DNA of 64,000 bases from Paraspadella gotoi (GCA_051294375.1 CM119268.1:14464301-14528300), one strand, 5' to 3'; positions 37,735 to 52,660 are shown, numbered from the stretch's first letter. The notes: generated from the letters alone by a model not told the origin. Made by a program: numbers and translations.

Positions 37735-38230
37735 GACTTGCATCCTTTTTACTTGCCACACTTTTTAACTTGCACATCTTTTTACTGCCTATTTTTCCAC
37801 TGCACCATTTTTTACAAACGTTGCCATCATTCTTATCACTTGCCATTCATTTTTCCACCACTTGGAACTCTTTTTTCCAAACTGCATATTTTTTCAACAG
37901 TATTGCAAATATCAGTTTTTTTGCCAACACTTGCCTTAAATTTTTAACTTGCATCATTTTTTCCTCACTTTATCATTTTTTTTAACTTGCACTAATTTTT
38001 TCCAACCACCTGCATAAGTTTTCCAAATTTGCTCAAGCTTTTCCCTTTCATATTTTTCACACGTAGTGAATCCATCCTTTCCGGTAACTATTTTGTTACC
38101 CCACTTAGCATAAATTTTTTCCACTTGCCTAAAAATATATTTTCCACACTTGCTGAAATTTTCCCTTGCCCTTCCTTAAGAGAGCTTACTTAAATTTTAT
38201 CTTGCTCTGTTTTTTCTCTTTTTTCCTTGC
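37735..38230 (+). repeat. Degenerate minisatellite, about 17-22-bp unit (ACTTGC...TTTTTCC)
   Basis: Recurrent acttgc/actgc followed by T-runs across about 500 bp. Confidence 0.7.
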
Positions 38231-41200
38231 CTTTATGATTTGCACTTTCACTCTATCGTGTGCGAGTTTTGAGTGGGAGGCGGGTGGCGTTGGCAACTCG
38301 TGTGACTTTTTGATCTATCGCTTATCTTTTTTTGTTGACTTTTTATCTAATTATTTGCACTTTACTAGAGCAATACCGCCCTTAACTTATGGGCATTTCT
38401 TTGCACTAGTCATAGAAGGAGCCGAACTCAACCCCTTTTGCGCTTGTTACTTTGTAATGTCGGTGCTTGTCCCGACTCCATTTTTTACCTATATGTACCC
38501 TCGCATCCTTCGGCACCTTTCGAATGCCCTCACGATTTTTTGATTGATACAAATTGAGAGAGTGGTAACGTGGAGGGCGGACTCCAGCAGAACGGGAGGC
38601 AATTCTTCGCGCATTAGAGGCTAAAACCGGGGGGTCCGCGGGTGCTTAATAGGCCTGGCCATCCTACGTCCGTTCTGGCGGTCCGCCGCGGGCAGCGCAG
38701 CGGTATGCCAGTGGCCGGTTATTGGGTGCGGGTCAACGGCGCTAGTAATGTGCGGATCACGGGGCGTCGGCAGTCGTGGAAAGATAGGCGCTGAATCGCA
38801 GGGCCGGCCGGATAGGTAGAAAGTGAGTAAGCGAAGAGGAGAGATGAAGAGAGAGTGAAAGAGAGAGAGAGAGAGAAGATGAGAGAGTAAGCGTAATTAA
38901 TATGTATCGCTGGAGGCTTGATAAGATAATTCGGATGATAAACTGATTCCATGAATGAGAGGCCTCTACTGTATAATTTACTAATTGTCGAGAGGGAGAG
39001 GGAGAGAGACAGAGGTAGAGAGGGAGAGAGGGCGAGTGGGAGGTAGATGGAGGTATATTAGAGAATAAAAATGAAGAATGAGGAGTTTGGAGGAGAGAGA
39101 GTCAAAAAGCGATGAGGATTGAGAGAAGGGAAAATGGGGAAACGGATTTTGGAGAGAGAGAGAGAAGGAGGGAGAGAGGAGAGAGAGGAGAGAGGAGAAG
39201 AAAGGAAGAGAGAGAGAGACAGAAGAGAGAGAGGCATGTTCGAGATCTTTTTATTATGCGATGAGGAGGAGGGGTGATTCTGGTGATCCAGAATGCAGAG
39301 AATATATGGAGAATAAGAGAGAGAGAGAGGAGAGATGAGTAGAGAGAGAGAGAGACGGAGAGAGAGAGAGAGAGAGAGGAGAGAGGAAGAGAGAGAGAGA
39401 GAGTATTGCTAACCGGAATCCGCTTTTATTGGGACCTAAAGGACCTTGATACACCTCAACAGCAAATAGTCACATCTCGTTAATTGTCACAACACTCACA
39501 GGAGACTGTTACCGTCACTCTTGCCCCTGCCAATGCGCCATTCGAGCATCAATTCGACTGTGCGCGAGACCACACTTAGATCACTAGAGTGTACGACGAC
39601 GTCTCACTGTTATACTCCTCACATGCACTCGGTAACCACGTTTCTCATGATAAATCTTGTACAACCAATATTTCAATTATGTTAAATCATGTTAATAATT
39701 AAGTATATTTTGCTCTGACTTTAAACCAGTGCCCTTTTGGTGGATTAAACCTCCATGCACGTCTTGACCAGAGCTAATGACATAGCAGAATCCCCGGCAA
39801 GCCTTGTCAATCAATGACTCGTTCTTCACAGTAATAGTCTTTATTTTGATCCAAGTACCCCCCTCCTGGGCTTTCATATCATGAAGTGGTGCATAGTATT
39901 TCAAAGAATAGCAATTTCTTACTTTAAACTCTCCTTCAGTGCATCTTAGCTGATTGAGTATAGCAATCAGATTGTCGTCATATATAATTACTTATATAAT
40001 CATTATCATATACTTATAATATTTCAAAGAATATCATTTAATTTAAATCGTCCTCAAACAGATTAGCTGAGATGAAGCAATCAGAATTTATCATGGATAA
40101 TATGAAATTTCCAAATTTACTTGTCCTTTCATCCTCTTAAATTCTTTTATTTTCTGTATTTTTATTGCGTGTATTTTACTTTGTAAAGTATTGTTTATCC
40201 TGTTATATTCTATAAATTGCTTTAAATCATAGCTAGTGATTGATATTCTTATCAATGTTTTTGAGCTACTCAATTATATCTATCAACTCCATTTTGTGGA
40301 CATGGGTAAAAGTCAGGTGTTGTCTTCTGGAAATAGAGGACGGCATCTACAACAGACAGTTGGTGTATCATCATAGGTGTAGCATACTCGATCAGTCTAC
40401 TTCCTTAGTTTTCTTAATTTAGTATAACCTGCACACATCATGTCGCTGGTTAGAAAGTCACTTAATGGATACAATGGCATCTAATATCTTATAGGCTGAA
40501 CAGAAGAGTGGGTGATGATGTGTGAGATAAGTTATGTTTGGACTGGGGGACCAAAGTTTCATATCTTATGATTTTTTTTTTTTTTAAAAACTAATGAGGC
40601 GATAGAGGACGGACAGGAGTAGATATCGTTTATCGTTCTTGAATTATGGGATCATCTATTCTGAGGAAGATCGCTCTATACAACGCTGACGCACCATGTT
40701 TGTCACCCGAAATCACAATCGTTATAAAAACTAAAATACTTTAAATGAAAATATACTTTTATCCTTTATCTCTAATCGTCTTTGCTTTGTAATCTCTTAT
40801 TCTCTAGTGTGTTAGTGAATATAGTGAGATTTAGTCATGAGATGATAGATGGATTTGAAGATAAGACGCAGTAGGGAGAAGGGACGACGAAGAGAGATGG
40901 AGAGGAAGGAGGCCTAAATATTGAAGAGAGACCGACCTCGAAGATGGATTTATTGCGGAGCTCATGTACTAATCAGGCAAATCAATAGCCACGGAGGTAA
41001 TGAGGGACATATGCAAAGGAGGACCACAAGATGAGCCAACCCATAGAGTGAACGGACCAATAATTTGGTTACGCCCCTCTTTATAACACCAATAAGATTA
41101 TTAAGAGAGGAGAGATATTAAATCGTTTTATGGTTTATCAATATCTGAGCTATCACAGGATAACGGGACTGCAAAGCCTGTGCTTATTCACATGTGCATT

Positions 41201-42548
41201 AAATTAATTTTTATGGAAATTTTTACTTAAGCACTTTTCTTTTGCCAAATCATAGATTTCTTGTACCTTTGTTATATGGGTCTTATATACTATTCGTATT
41301 AGAAGAATATAAAGTTAAAAAATTTAGTGCTAAGATGTGTGAATAAGTAAATTAATCCAAGGCTATCGTTTCACTCTTGTAAGAAGCTTACTCCAAGTAA
41401 TGAAGATGCAACAATAATGTTAGTAGTTAATGATTTAATGAAAAATAAAAGAGTTTAACAGCAAGGGCAGTATCAAATCAAAGGAGATAGGTAATGTAAA
41501 TATGAATATATACTATAGTCTATGATAGAAATAGAGATAATAATTTTTTATTTACTGTTATGTATTACAATGATGATATAGAAGTTTAAACAAAAAAAAT
41601 ACTTGGTGTCTGAGTTATTTCGAAAAATATTGTCACAACAGACACGTGATCCGTATAGAACGAGTATTTCTATTTAAAAAAAATGACGGAATTCTTAAGC
41701 CCTAAAATCAGTAAAGAAGATGTAGTACTTATTTTTTAGCGTCTATTGTCTTGACCTTTAATAAAATAATTAAGAAAAAAAAAAACGATTCTTAAATTCC
41801 CATTTTTCTTAAAAAAAAGGTCCTTAAATATATAAACCTGACTTTGTAAACTGTGCATTCAGAGACTTAAATTTATTGCTGCCCTCGGATCGACAGCAAT
41901 TCTATATATGTTCAGCCATTTCCTGTGGGGCATAGGCCCGTTAAAGATGCGAAGTTAATCTAGGTGAATAAATTACCGAGCTATGGCCTGGACCCACGCG
42001 CTTGTTCCCCTAGGATAGACCAAGCTGGTCATCGTTAAATGTAGAGTTTAGATTAATCTATACCTGCGGTTTGCGGAATAAGGATCACAGAGGGGAATGC
42101 TTTCATCTTTTTATCATATGCACCTAGAGAGATGGTAGGTAACGTAGTGGTTGTTGTTGTGTTGTTCCCTCGGGACTTCGTTTGGTGGATGTTGATATGT
42201 TGTCGATTAATTCGCCTACATTTCGTGTCGTTGTATCGATTTCNNNNNNNNNNNNNNNNNNNNNNNNNTGAATAAATAACATCCGGGGCGGTGAAGTGGT
42301 TTCCGTACTAAGAATTCCTTTCATATGGTTGTTCTTCTCATTACTTACCATNNNNNNNNNNNNNNNNNNNNNNNNNNNNNNNNNNNNNNNNNNNNNNNNN
42401 NNNNNNNNNNNNNNNNNNNNNNNNNNNNNNNNNNNNNNNNNNNNNNNNNNNNNNNNNNNNNNNNNNNNNNNNNNNNNNNNNNNNNNNNNNNNNNNNNNAT
42501 CGATATTAAATCTTTTGCTATAAATTAATAATTCTCTCCATCTCCTCC

Positions 42549-42600
<52 letters not shown>

Positions 42601-43060
42601 CTTTTTTAAATTACCGAACTGAAACTGTATATTGTTTACGCTCACACAAATCTTACGTGAAAAAGTTTAAGTGAAACCAAAACAGCAAACGTTTATTTCC
42701 TCATAGAATCTATTTTATTCTCGTCGATCGTTCACATCATATCATCTCACTGCGCTTTCGTCATTGACCTCCTTCCTAGGTCCTCCACACTTCACACTTC
42801 GCACTTCACCCTCCACATTTCACACTTTACACTCCACGGCGTCCACGCTCTCCACTCCACACTTCACAATCACCACTGAAATGACCCCGCCAGAGGAAGC
42901 CGCCCTTTCCGCCCACTCGCGCGCTCTTTACTCTTACACCCTCATCGAATTCACCTTTTTTAAATTTACAAACCCTGAGAGAAGGAGTGGGAGTCTATCT
43001 TCTCTCTCTTCTCCCTCTCTCTTTCTCTCTCTTCTCTCTCTTTCTCTCTCTCCTCTCTCT

Positions 43061-43111
<51 letters not shown>

Positions 43112-46100
43112 CGTCTTTATTGCGTCCGTTGTTATTCATGCTCCGTATTTTTTTTAGCGGTCCAGCGTTTGGTTAGTGACTGTATCGTCCTTCGAGTTCG
43201 TCACTGACCGAATCTCGAGTTTCTCTTTGCTTTTTTGAGAGTTACCTTCAGTCTTCTGTGTACCGATTTCCTGATTGATGTTTCGAGAGAGAGAGAGTAG
43301 ATAGAGAGAGTATGAGAGAGATGTCCAGATGCTAGGAAGACGTAGCCAGTCTAGCTCCCCTGGATTCCCGCTGTCGGCGCACGCCCACACGCACCCCCAC
43401 GCTTCCTACTCAGGTTAGAGGCGGTATGCAGTAGTAGATCTGACGACCTCACTAGAGTATAAGGTGATTAATCATCTAAATGATAACGAGAGAATACTGT
43501 CACAGCAATTGACGTCTCTATCTAAAGAAGACACGCTAAGCCTGGCTCGGATCGATAGTCCATTTCTCTTCTTTGAAATCCTCTCGAGAGATCCGTGGCC
43601 TCCATTAGTGATGCAACATACAAGTGATGCTAACCATATCATAAATTCGTGGCGAAAAATATCTCCCGGGTCCGTCGACTTGCACAGAGCCGGATTCACT
43701 AGCGGTACTATTACCTTGTAAAAGAATCGCTTCTCGTGCTGAATCACTGCTCCCGTCCTGCTTCGTTGCTCGCTCGGTTTCTAAGCGAGTTCAATTCTCT
43801 GACCTCACTCCGACGCGTTAAAATATTACGCTGGTCGCTCCGCTCTTCAATCCTTCGTCGTCGTTGTCGTCGTCTTCTTTCGTCCTCTTTCTTCATTGTC
43901 GCTCGGTGCGAATTCTCCGACAGAAGGGAACTTAAACGCAGATCGTCGAGTATCCGCCAGGACTAATCGTGATCTCGAAAGAGGCGACCAGCGTCCGGAG
44001 AGGGACCGCAGAGACAGAACCGCCAAAAAGACAATAGAAGGACGGAAACGCAAACAATCCTATTAAAACAGCAAAACGATTTATTGCTCCGTCCGCCCCC
44101 GTCCTATAACCCTCCACTGATAAAAAGCAACACGAACCTCACTGGATACGTTGCGACCGCTTGATAAAAACGGACGCAGATGGAGCACTTCAATAACACG
44201 GAAGTCGGAATCGCATAAAGATATCCCGAAACAAGACCGTCTAGCCAGAGTCAGTAGTGAGGCAAGAGAGTCGACGCCTGTCAGAGAGCCCGATCGAAAG
44301 TGAGGATGAGTGTCAAGGTTTAGTATCCGTACGATGCTCATATGTACGCTTATGAGGCAGTATACGAGCATGCTATGCAGTATGAGAGTCACATGAATGC
44401 CTTGTCCTCTCTCCTTTTCCTCTCAGGCGATGTTTAAAAAAAGTCGTTATGACTATTTCTGCATTGATGTTGGTCAATTCTGCACTTTCATATAATGCTA
44501 GCTGCCGCGTATTAGTTGGGCCCGGACAAAGTGGCAGGGCTTCGCTCTAGGCCGGGGTACATATTCACAATTAAGGCAGCGCGTTGAGTGTTGTGAGTGT
44601 AGGCATCTCAGGAGAGAGTGAGCGAGCAGAGCAGCGGTGGTACGTAAGGCTTCGCAGGTTTATAAGAGTTGAGGATATGAATTAAAAAACAAGAAGGATC
44701 GTTTGAGAGTATTAACGCTGTAAGGAAAATAGCATTTGTGTATTTTTAATATGTATGCATGAAATGGGGATCTGTATCTGATGGTGGGGTAGATTGGACT
44801 GTGTGATAGATGTAACCAACGTAGCCATGGATAGGAAGGCAGGTTACAATCGACGAAAAGAGCGCCTAGTGGTAAGGGTAAGACCATTGATGTGCAGTAG
44901 ACGTATCGACGTAGCATAAAAATAAGAATAATGCATGGAATGAATTTATAAACGTTATGTCTAGTACTTCTGGTTTCATATACCTAGAAGCTAGATTTTC
45001 TTTTCCACGTCTAGAATGCATTTTGTGTCAGTGACTCGTATAACACTCATTCTTTCACCACGATTTCAGTTCGGTAATCTATCTACAGAAATAAATACTG
45101 ATGTAAGTCATGTTGCCGCTATAAACATTTTCTTAAAATGTATACTACATTCTTTCAGCCATACTTAGTTCTCCTCTCGTTCATCTCGTATTCTCATCTC
45201 TCTAGTTCTCCCTCTCTCCCTCCCTCTCTCTCTCTTCTCTCTCTCTCTCCTCTCTGCTTCTCATCTCTGTTTCTCATCTTCTCATCTCTTTCTCTCTCGT
45301 CTCTTCTGCGTCGTCAGATGAGACTACTAGATAAAGCTTGATCATTCCGATCCAGATAACATCGCGTTAATAGGTCACAATTAAAGTTTCCGATATTCTA
45401 ATCAATGGTAAGTAATGAAGAAGAACTATACCATTATGAACAGTCGAACTTCTATATTGTTCGTCAAGGACACACTCTCGACTTCGAATCCGTCAGACGC
45501 CGCCTTCGACGCCACCTCCCGAGGATGAAACGCTGCTTGTTCCATTCATCCAAAGATCGAATTGAAATTTCCATCGGCCATTATTTTTTCTTTCTTCGCC
45601 GAGATTTCCTGCCACTCGGGGCGCGACCAGCGTCAGAAAGCCACTCACCTCACTTTTCATTGATTTTCTGCTTTATTTTCGGGTTTTTTTTTCTAAAAAT
45701 TGTTGTATATCTTTAAATTACGACTTTTTATTATTTTATGATAGTACAGTAACAATGGGGGCAATTTTTTAGCAAGACTTTTGTCTAAAAGAATCATTCT
45801 CTAAAACCTGCCATGGCCTTTTAACACTTTGATTACGCGATGACTGTTTTAGATTTCATTGTCAGGCCAGTAATAATACGGTGTGTAGCTCTGAAGTTAC
45901 GATTTTTTAAAAAATTTTGTGAAAATAACACAGCGTGAACTCCCTCCCTTCTCAACTATGTATAAAGATAAACAAAAAACATCAATAAAAACAAAACATC
46001 AATTGAAGCAGAAAAGCAAAAGAAGAGAAGAGAGAGACTTGGCGTCAGACGAGACGAAGGAATAAAAGGAGGGGAGGGAGAGAGACAGAGAGAGAGAGAG

Positions 46101-46581
46101 AGATAGAGAGAGAGAGAAAGAAAAAAAATCGTAGACAGACAAACGGACAGATAGACGAAGCAATAGACTGTCAGGCGGATGGCTAGACAGGAAGACAGGC
46201 AGTCAGGGCAGATTGTCAAATCGGACCGACAGATAGACAGGATAGACGAAAATAGACCGACAGAGACAGAGCGCACAACAAAAAAGAAAGAAAAAAAAAA
46301 GGACGAAAAAAGAAAGAAAGAAAGAAAAATAGGTTGTTGAGAACTGGTTCCCAAACACGCGGATCGAGTCTCCCCCTCCCCTCGATCCTCGCGAGACGCC
46401 GGCCAAAGCAACATTTAAACCTCATTATGCAAATTAGACGATTCTCGAGATTGACAAAAGAAGTTGAGAGAATCTCATTTGAATATCCCAGTTTATCAAT
46501 CGCCAAGGTTAAAAGTAAATTTAGAGAGAGAGAGAGAGAGGAGAAAGGAGGAGGAAAGGGGAATGAGAAGAGACGGGAAAG

Positions 46582-46675
<94 letters not shown>

Positions 46676-47164
46676 CTTCAATTAATATCGAGTTACGCGG
46701 CTTTCGCTTTCGCGGAATTAAACCCGTTTAAATAAACGGCGGGAATTCAATTTGTATCTTTCAACGGTTAATACTTTAAGACAAAGATATTGCGATACAG
46801 TAGGGAAAATGGCCAAGTCTTTGCATTTGTTGTGTTTAAATGTATATCATTTATATTATATTATAGGGGATAAAAACAATAGCGAATGAGTTTTTTTTGA
46901 TCGCGTTTCATAATTAAATATTGTTTATTCTCAAGATATATTCACTATAACTGCAATGCGTTCGAATCTCGACAGATTTCGTCGCTTTGAATAAAATTAA
47001 AAATAGGAAAATGAAAGAAAAAAAGATATAATTATTGATTTCCTCGGCGAAACTGAAATGTGTTTGAACCCAAAGAAAAGTGGAGAGGCGGCGTTACATG
47101 ATGAGAGAGGAAAGAAAGGAAGAAATGGAAAGAAGCTGATAACGAAGAAGAACACAGAGAGAAG

Positions 47165-47195
<31 letters not shown>

Positions 47196-47208
47196 AGATG
47201 AGAGAAGT

Positions 47209-47260
<52 letters not shown>

Positions 47261-47840
47261 AGGGAAAAAAAAGGAGAAATCCAGAATTCATGATGATGAG
47301 GAAATAATGAAGGCTCTTTCTGTCTGGCAGAGACTGGCTGAAGAGGGAAGGAGGAAAAGAGGTTGAATGGAGAATCCGGTGGAGGAATGAGCGTTGGGAA
47401 AATTGAATGGTTAGTTTTGATTTGAGATTTAAATTGTAAGTTTAAAATTAAAAATACATGTCAGGTCAGGTCATTCGAAGAAAAGAATGTCCGGTTCGAT
47501 GAAGGAGGGGAAAGAGAAAGATAGAACGAGAGATTATGAAATAAAGAAAGAAAAAAATAAAGAGATAGAGAAAGAAAGAAAAGAAAAAAGAAATAAAGAA
47601 ATTATTATGAAAAAAAAAGAAAGAAAGAAAGAAAAAAGAAGAAAGAAAAAGAAGAAAGAAAGAAAAGAAATTAAAATAGAAAGCAAAAAAGAAAGAAAGA
47701 AAGATTGTTGAAATATACAAATATAAAATACATTTAAAAGTATGTAAAGACTATATATTATACTGTAGGATGTCTAAATTAGATTAGCAAAAGGAGGTGA
47801 AAGATGGTGAAGGAAAGAAAAGGTGAAGCAAAGGATGGAG

Positions 47841-47920
47841 GAAAGAAAGGATGAAAGGCAAGTAAAGGATTCAGGAAAGAAAGGATGAAAGGCAAGTAAA
47901 GGATTGAGGAAAGAAAGGAT
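47841..47920 (+). repeat. 34-bp tandem repeat, about 2.4 copies
   Basis: gaaagaaaggatgaaaggcaagtaaaggatt(c/g)ag at 47841 and 47875, partial at 47909. Confidence 0.85.
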
Positions 47921-48013
47921 AATAGTCGGGCAGAAGGAGGATCTCCTGGGGACTTGGGAGGCCGGGCAAAGACCCCGGGATGCAAGTCTCATTTTCCGTC
48001 GGTCACGTTGCCT

Positions 48014-48072
<59 letters not shown>

Positions 48073-48163
48073 AGAAAAGAAGAGAACAGAAGAGAGAATG
48101 AGAAAGCGAAATAAACATTAAAGAGGGAATAGGACGGAGAGAGAGATAGAGAGAGGAGACTTA

Positions 48164-48194
<31 letters not shown>

Positions 48195-49561
48195 GGAGAG
48201 GAAGCTGGTTTCTGGGAAAAAAGCCTTCGGAGCATCGGCACGAAATCGGTCGCAGGCAACAAAAGATTTGGCGCTCGATGTTATTAGTATGAGGTTTTGT
48301 GGTAATATTTTATGAGTTGAAACAGGCACTTTAAACCCGCGTCTACATCATACAAATTGTTAAGGCAAATCTATAGAGCTATCTAGAAGATTTTAATAAT
48401 ACAATACGATTGAGACTTGTAACTGATTGTTACCTAATATTATTTGAGTGTGTTTTAGAATGCTATCGCCATATCATCGTACATACGAGAATGGGAAGCG
48501 TCCGTGTATGGAATAAATTGATAACAACTGGTGAAATACACAAACGCGTAAAAGACAAACAAAAAATGAAAAAAAAAGAAGATAAATGAAAAATGGAAAG
48601 AAACGTGACTGGAGGAAGAAGAAAAGGAAGGAGAATGGAGAATCCGGAATAACCCACTTCTAAAAATGGAAAAACGGAAGATTGGATCCCGACTGAATAG
48701 ATTGAATACAATGAATAGAGGCATGAATGAATGAACCAAAGAATGAAAAAATGAATCATTTCATAAATGAGGGAATCGATGAATCGACAAATTAGGGATT
48801 GAAATAATGAATAGAAAATTCAGAAAATTTGAAATGAAGTGGACGTCGATTCGATTTATGAAAGTGACAAGATTTAAAAAAAAAAATAATTAATTAAAAA
48901 ATTTAATTTAGTTATTGAATATACAGTATATTTTAAGATGCTATCAATTCAATTTTAAAATTGCCTTTTAGCATATTTAGTCAACAGAGAGGGAGTTGAA
49001 TGGACAATAAGAGATCAGAACGAACGCTCGCTTAAAAATCTAACGAAGGCTTCAAAAAGGCATTTTTTTTCTGCCGTCTCTGGAATCCTTTTCTTAGTAT
49101 ATCAATGATCTCTGTCTCGCTCTTGGCTTCGGTCTCTCTTCTCTTTGATTTTCCTTTTTATTTCCTTCTTTGTTTCACCGACGATCGCCTCCCTTTTCAC
49201 ATTCCACAACTCGATTCACCGATTTCACCTTTTCTCCTCCTTTTTCACGAGGCGACAATCTTCCAGGCGTCGCCCTTTCACGCGCCTTCGATTCACGACC
49301 CTCGTCAGACTCCCACGCGATTCAGGGGATTCACAATCCGATCCTCGCTTCTGGGCGACTCACCTCATCTCACCTTGCCTCACCTTCCCCTTTTGTTTCC
49401 CGCCATTTTCTTTGTCAGATGAGTTTTTTTTCACTCCTTTCCTTTTCGACTCAAAATTTTCATTACGCTGGTTTTATATATTCCAATTTATGTTTAATTA
49501 GTAGACGCAGCCTAACAACCTCATTCGATATTGCCTCTCAAGTTGGGTAATTCACTTGGGA

Positions 49562-49650
49562 CAGCTTGACAATCTCAGTCGGGACAGCCTGACAACATCA
49601 GTCGACACAGCCTGATAGTCTCAATAAAGTCAGCCTGACAATCTCAATGG
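49562..49650 (+). repeat. 23-bp minisatellite, 4 copies (plus an outlier at 49508)
   Basis: cagc(c/t)tga starts at 49562, 49585, 49608, 49631; consensus about CAGCCTGACAATCTCAGTCGNNA. Confidence 0.85.
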
Positions 49651-49678
49651 GAAGAAGCACGAAGGAGAGAGAGAGAGC

Positions 49679-49752
<74 letters not shown>

Positions 49753-49778
49753 TATGTAGAGAGAGAGAAGAGAGAGTA

Positions 49779-50638
49779 ACTGGAAAAGGGGAAAACATCA
49801 AGAGCGAATCAGAAATTGCGATCTTCTTCACTCAGTCGCTCTAATGTCATTTCTTCGTCCTCTTTCTCTCTTACCCCAAGCCCTTCCAGCCCCCCCACCC
49901 CCAGCCCCCAGCCCCCCATTCCCAACTTTCCCTTACTCCTTCTCTCCTCTGCCTTCACACCGAACAATAGGGGTCCCCCACCACGAGACGAGCATATGTT
50001 CCACAGCGGGAGGTCAGAATCTCATATTGGGTTTAGAGTTGAGACTCTTATCTCTGACTAACCGGCTCCCACCGGCGTCCACTGACTCCCTCTCACGATC
50101 TCTATCTTTTTTCTGGGAAAATATAATTGAAAATTACGAATCGAAACATAAATTTCCGGAATTTCGAGAGCAATCTCCCCGATGCCCGATCGCCCGAATG
50201 CGAAATTGTGCCGAGAGGCGCGATGGAGGCGATAAAAATGGGCTAAATTGATTTTCCGTCCGATCGATTCTCTCATTCTCCCTTCGCGGCTGTTTTCACC
50301 CACTCTCTCTCTTCTCTCTCTCACTGTGTCTTTCAGTCTCTCTCTCTTACTCCCCATGATTCCACTTCCACTCTCTTCTTTCTCTCACTCTCTCTCTCTC
50401 CTTCTCTCCGTCTCTACGTCTCCTCTGTCTCTTTGTCTTTCGTCATTCCGTCTTTCTGTCTTTCCTTCTTTCTGTCTTTTTTTCTCATTTGTCTCTCTCC
50501 TCTCCGTCTTTCATTCTCTTTCTCTTCTCGATCTGTCCTCGGCACTTTCATTTTCGTCTCTGTGTCTTTCTCCTCCCACTACCACTCCCCCTCTCATCTC
50601 TCTCTTTATCTCTCTCTCTCTCTCTCTCTCTCCTCTCA

Positions 50639-50679
<41 letters not shown>

Positions 50680-51988
50680 GTCTTCTCTCTCTCTCATTCC
50701 GGGTTTGACTCTGTAAGAGACGATTTAATGGCGGTCACGAGGCGGGACGAGGCGCCGTCTCGGAGAAGGAAACCGAGAAATCCGAGAAAATGGTTTTTGG
50801 TTTCGACGACGACGACGACGACGACGACGGAAGCGACGTGCGACGGCGCGAAAAGATCGAAAAGAGACGCTCGACGCAAATGGACTAAACGGACAAAGCA
50901 GACGAAAATGGTCACTCGGGCCAAGAAGGACAATATGGTGGAAAATGAAGATGGACAGATTGGAGAAAGAACCTCCAGACGACAAATGATAACATGACGT
51001 GTGATATCTATTAGAAAACTAGGACGGATTGTAATTAACCTTGTGTTGTATAGATGCTCCCTCTATTTCCAGAAGACCAAACATGACTTCCCCTTCAAGA
51101 GATATAATGATAAGTAATACTTTTTTAAAGAAAGCAATACATATATAATTAAATAATATATATTAAATAGTAAATCCTTCGTAAAAATAATAAAAATATA
51201 AAATAGTGAAAAAAGTAATTTACAAATTTTCATATATTAAGTTTTTAATAGCATTAAAATGTATAAAAAGTTATCAAAAAAAAAGAAATTGTAGCATTGT
51301 GAATGCTGAGCTCAGAAAATGGGTTCTGGTGGACCAAGTCACACGGAAGGAAGTTTGTGAAAGGGTTAAGTGGTTTTGTTTGGCCGTTAAATGGTACAGA
51401 GAGAGAGAGAGAGAGAAAGTGAGAGGGAGAGGGAGAGTGAGCAAAAGTTTGTTACGAGGAAGATCAAAGGTTAAATTTACTTAATTCTACTTATAGATAT
51501 TTAAGTTAGGGTTAAACGAAAAACACTATGCAAGTACAGTATGTTGTTGTGTTGACGGTAGTGATGCTGACGACGAATATGAAAAAGACTATGAATTAAT
51601 AACTTATTTCTAAATAATTATTTTGATTGTCAGTAAATAGTTTTCTAATTATTTCAATTAATCATATGTTATTTCATTTCCAATTTCAAAACTGCATTCA
51701 AATTAACGGAAATGAAATAAAAGGAAATCTGTTAAGGAATCCAGCCCATTCCCCTCTATTTTGCTTCGTCTCCCGTTTCCACTTTTTTTCCTTTCCCGCC
51801 AAAAAACCGTGTGGAAATGTTGTAAAAACAAGTCCCCGGACCCAATTAGCGAGCGACGACGGACGATGAGGACGACGACCGGGAACCCGGACCTGCCCAA
51901 CGACGAAAATGACGACGGCAAGCATTCTCAGGTGGAAAGGTTAAAGGTGGGGCAAGAGATACTTGAAAGGAGGGGAATTTTTACCGTT

Positions 51989-52063
<75 letters not shown>

Positions 52064-52530
52064 CACTCTCTCACCTATGGCGCACCTTCCGCGCGGCCGC
52101 TTGAGGAGGACAATAAAAAGCGATTATTGGGATATAATATTTTATTTAGTACGATCGTCCGTTTTTGACAACGTGCGCACGCCAAAATTGCCCGCAAAAA
52201 AAGAGACAAGGTTAATAATTCACGAGGGAAAACAAGAACAAAATGCGCGAAGGGGGCGAGGAAAAAGAAAGGAAAAAGAGAAAACAGAAAAAAATATAAA
52301 AATGGCGACAAAATATAAAAGAGGAGAAAGAAAGAAGGAGAAAGATAAAAAGAAAGAAGGATTGAAGAGAAAAGAGAAAAGAAAGAACAAGGCAAAGAAA
52401 AGAAGAAAGAAAGAAAAGAAAGAAAGAAGAAGAAGAAAGAAAGAAAGAAAGAAGAAATAAAGAAAGGAAAAAAAGAATGGCATAGAAAAGGCGCCATCGG
52501 TCAAAAAATCAATTGAATCGATTTTCTCTC
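49779..52530 (+). repeat. Copy 1 of about 2.8-kb direct duplication
   Basis: Colinear and highly similar to 55140-57935; both ends fall in (AG)n/(CT)n tracts. Confidence 0.92.
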
Positions 52531-52660
52531 CTCTCCCTCTCTCTCTCTCTCTCTCCTCTCTCCTCTCTCTTCCTCTCTCTCTCTCCTCCCTCTCTCTCTC
52601 TCTCCTATCTCTCATCTCTCTCCCCTCGCCTCCTCNNNNNNNNNNNNNNNNNNNNNNNNN

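Noticed and set aside
39692-39990. Minus-strand frame with IIYDDNLIA resembling an RT YxDD motif
   Set aside because: Motif is YDD, not YxDD, and no other RT blocks are present.
43847-44053. Short ORF with signal-peptide-like start (MRFRPSIVFLAVLSL)
   Set aside because: Non-ATG start, low-quality-looking region, no further support.
49508-49650. 23-bp repeats as a CRISPR-like array
   Set aside because: Head-to-tail degenerate units with no unique spacers, no cas genes, eukaryotic context.
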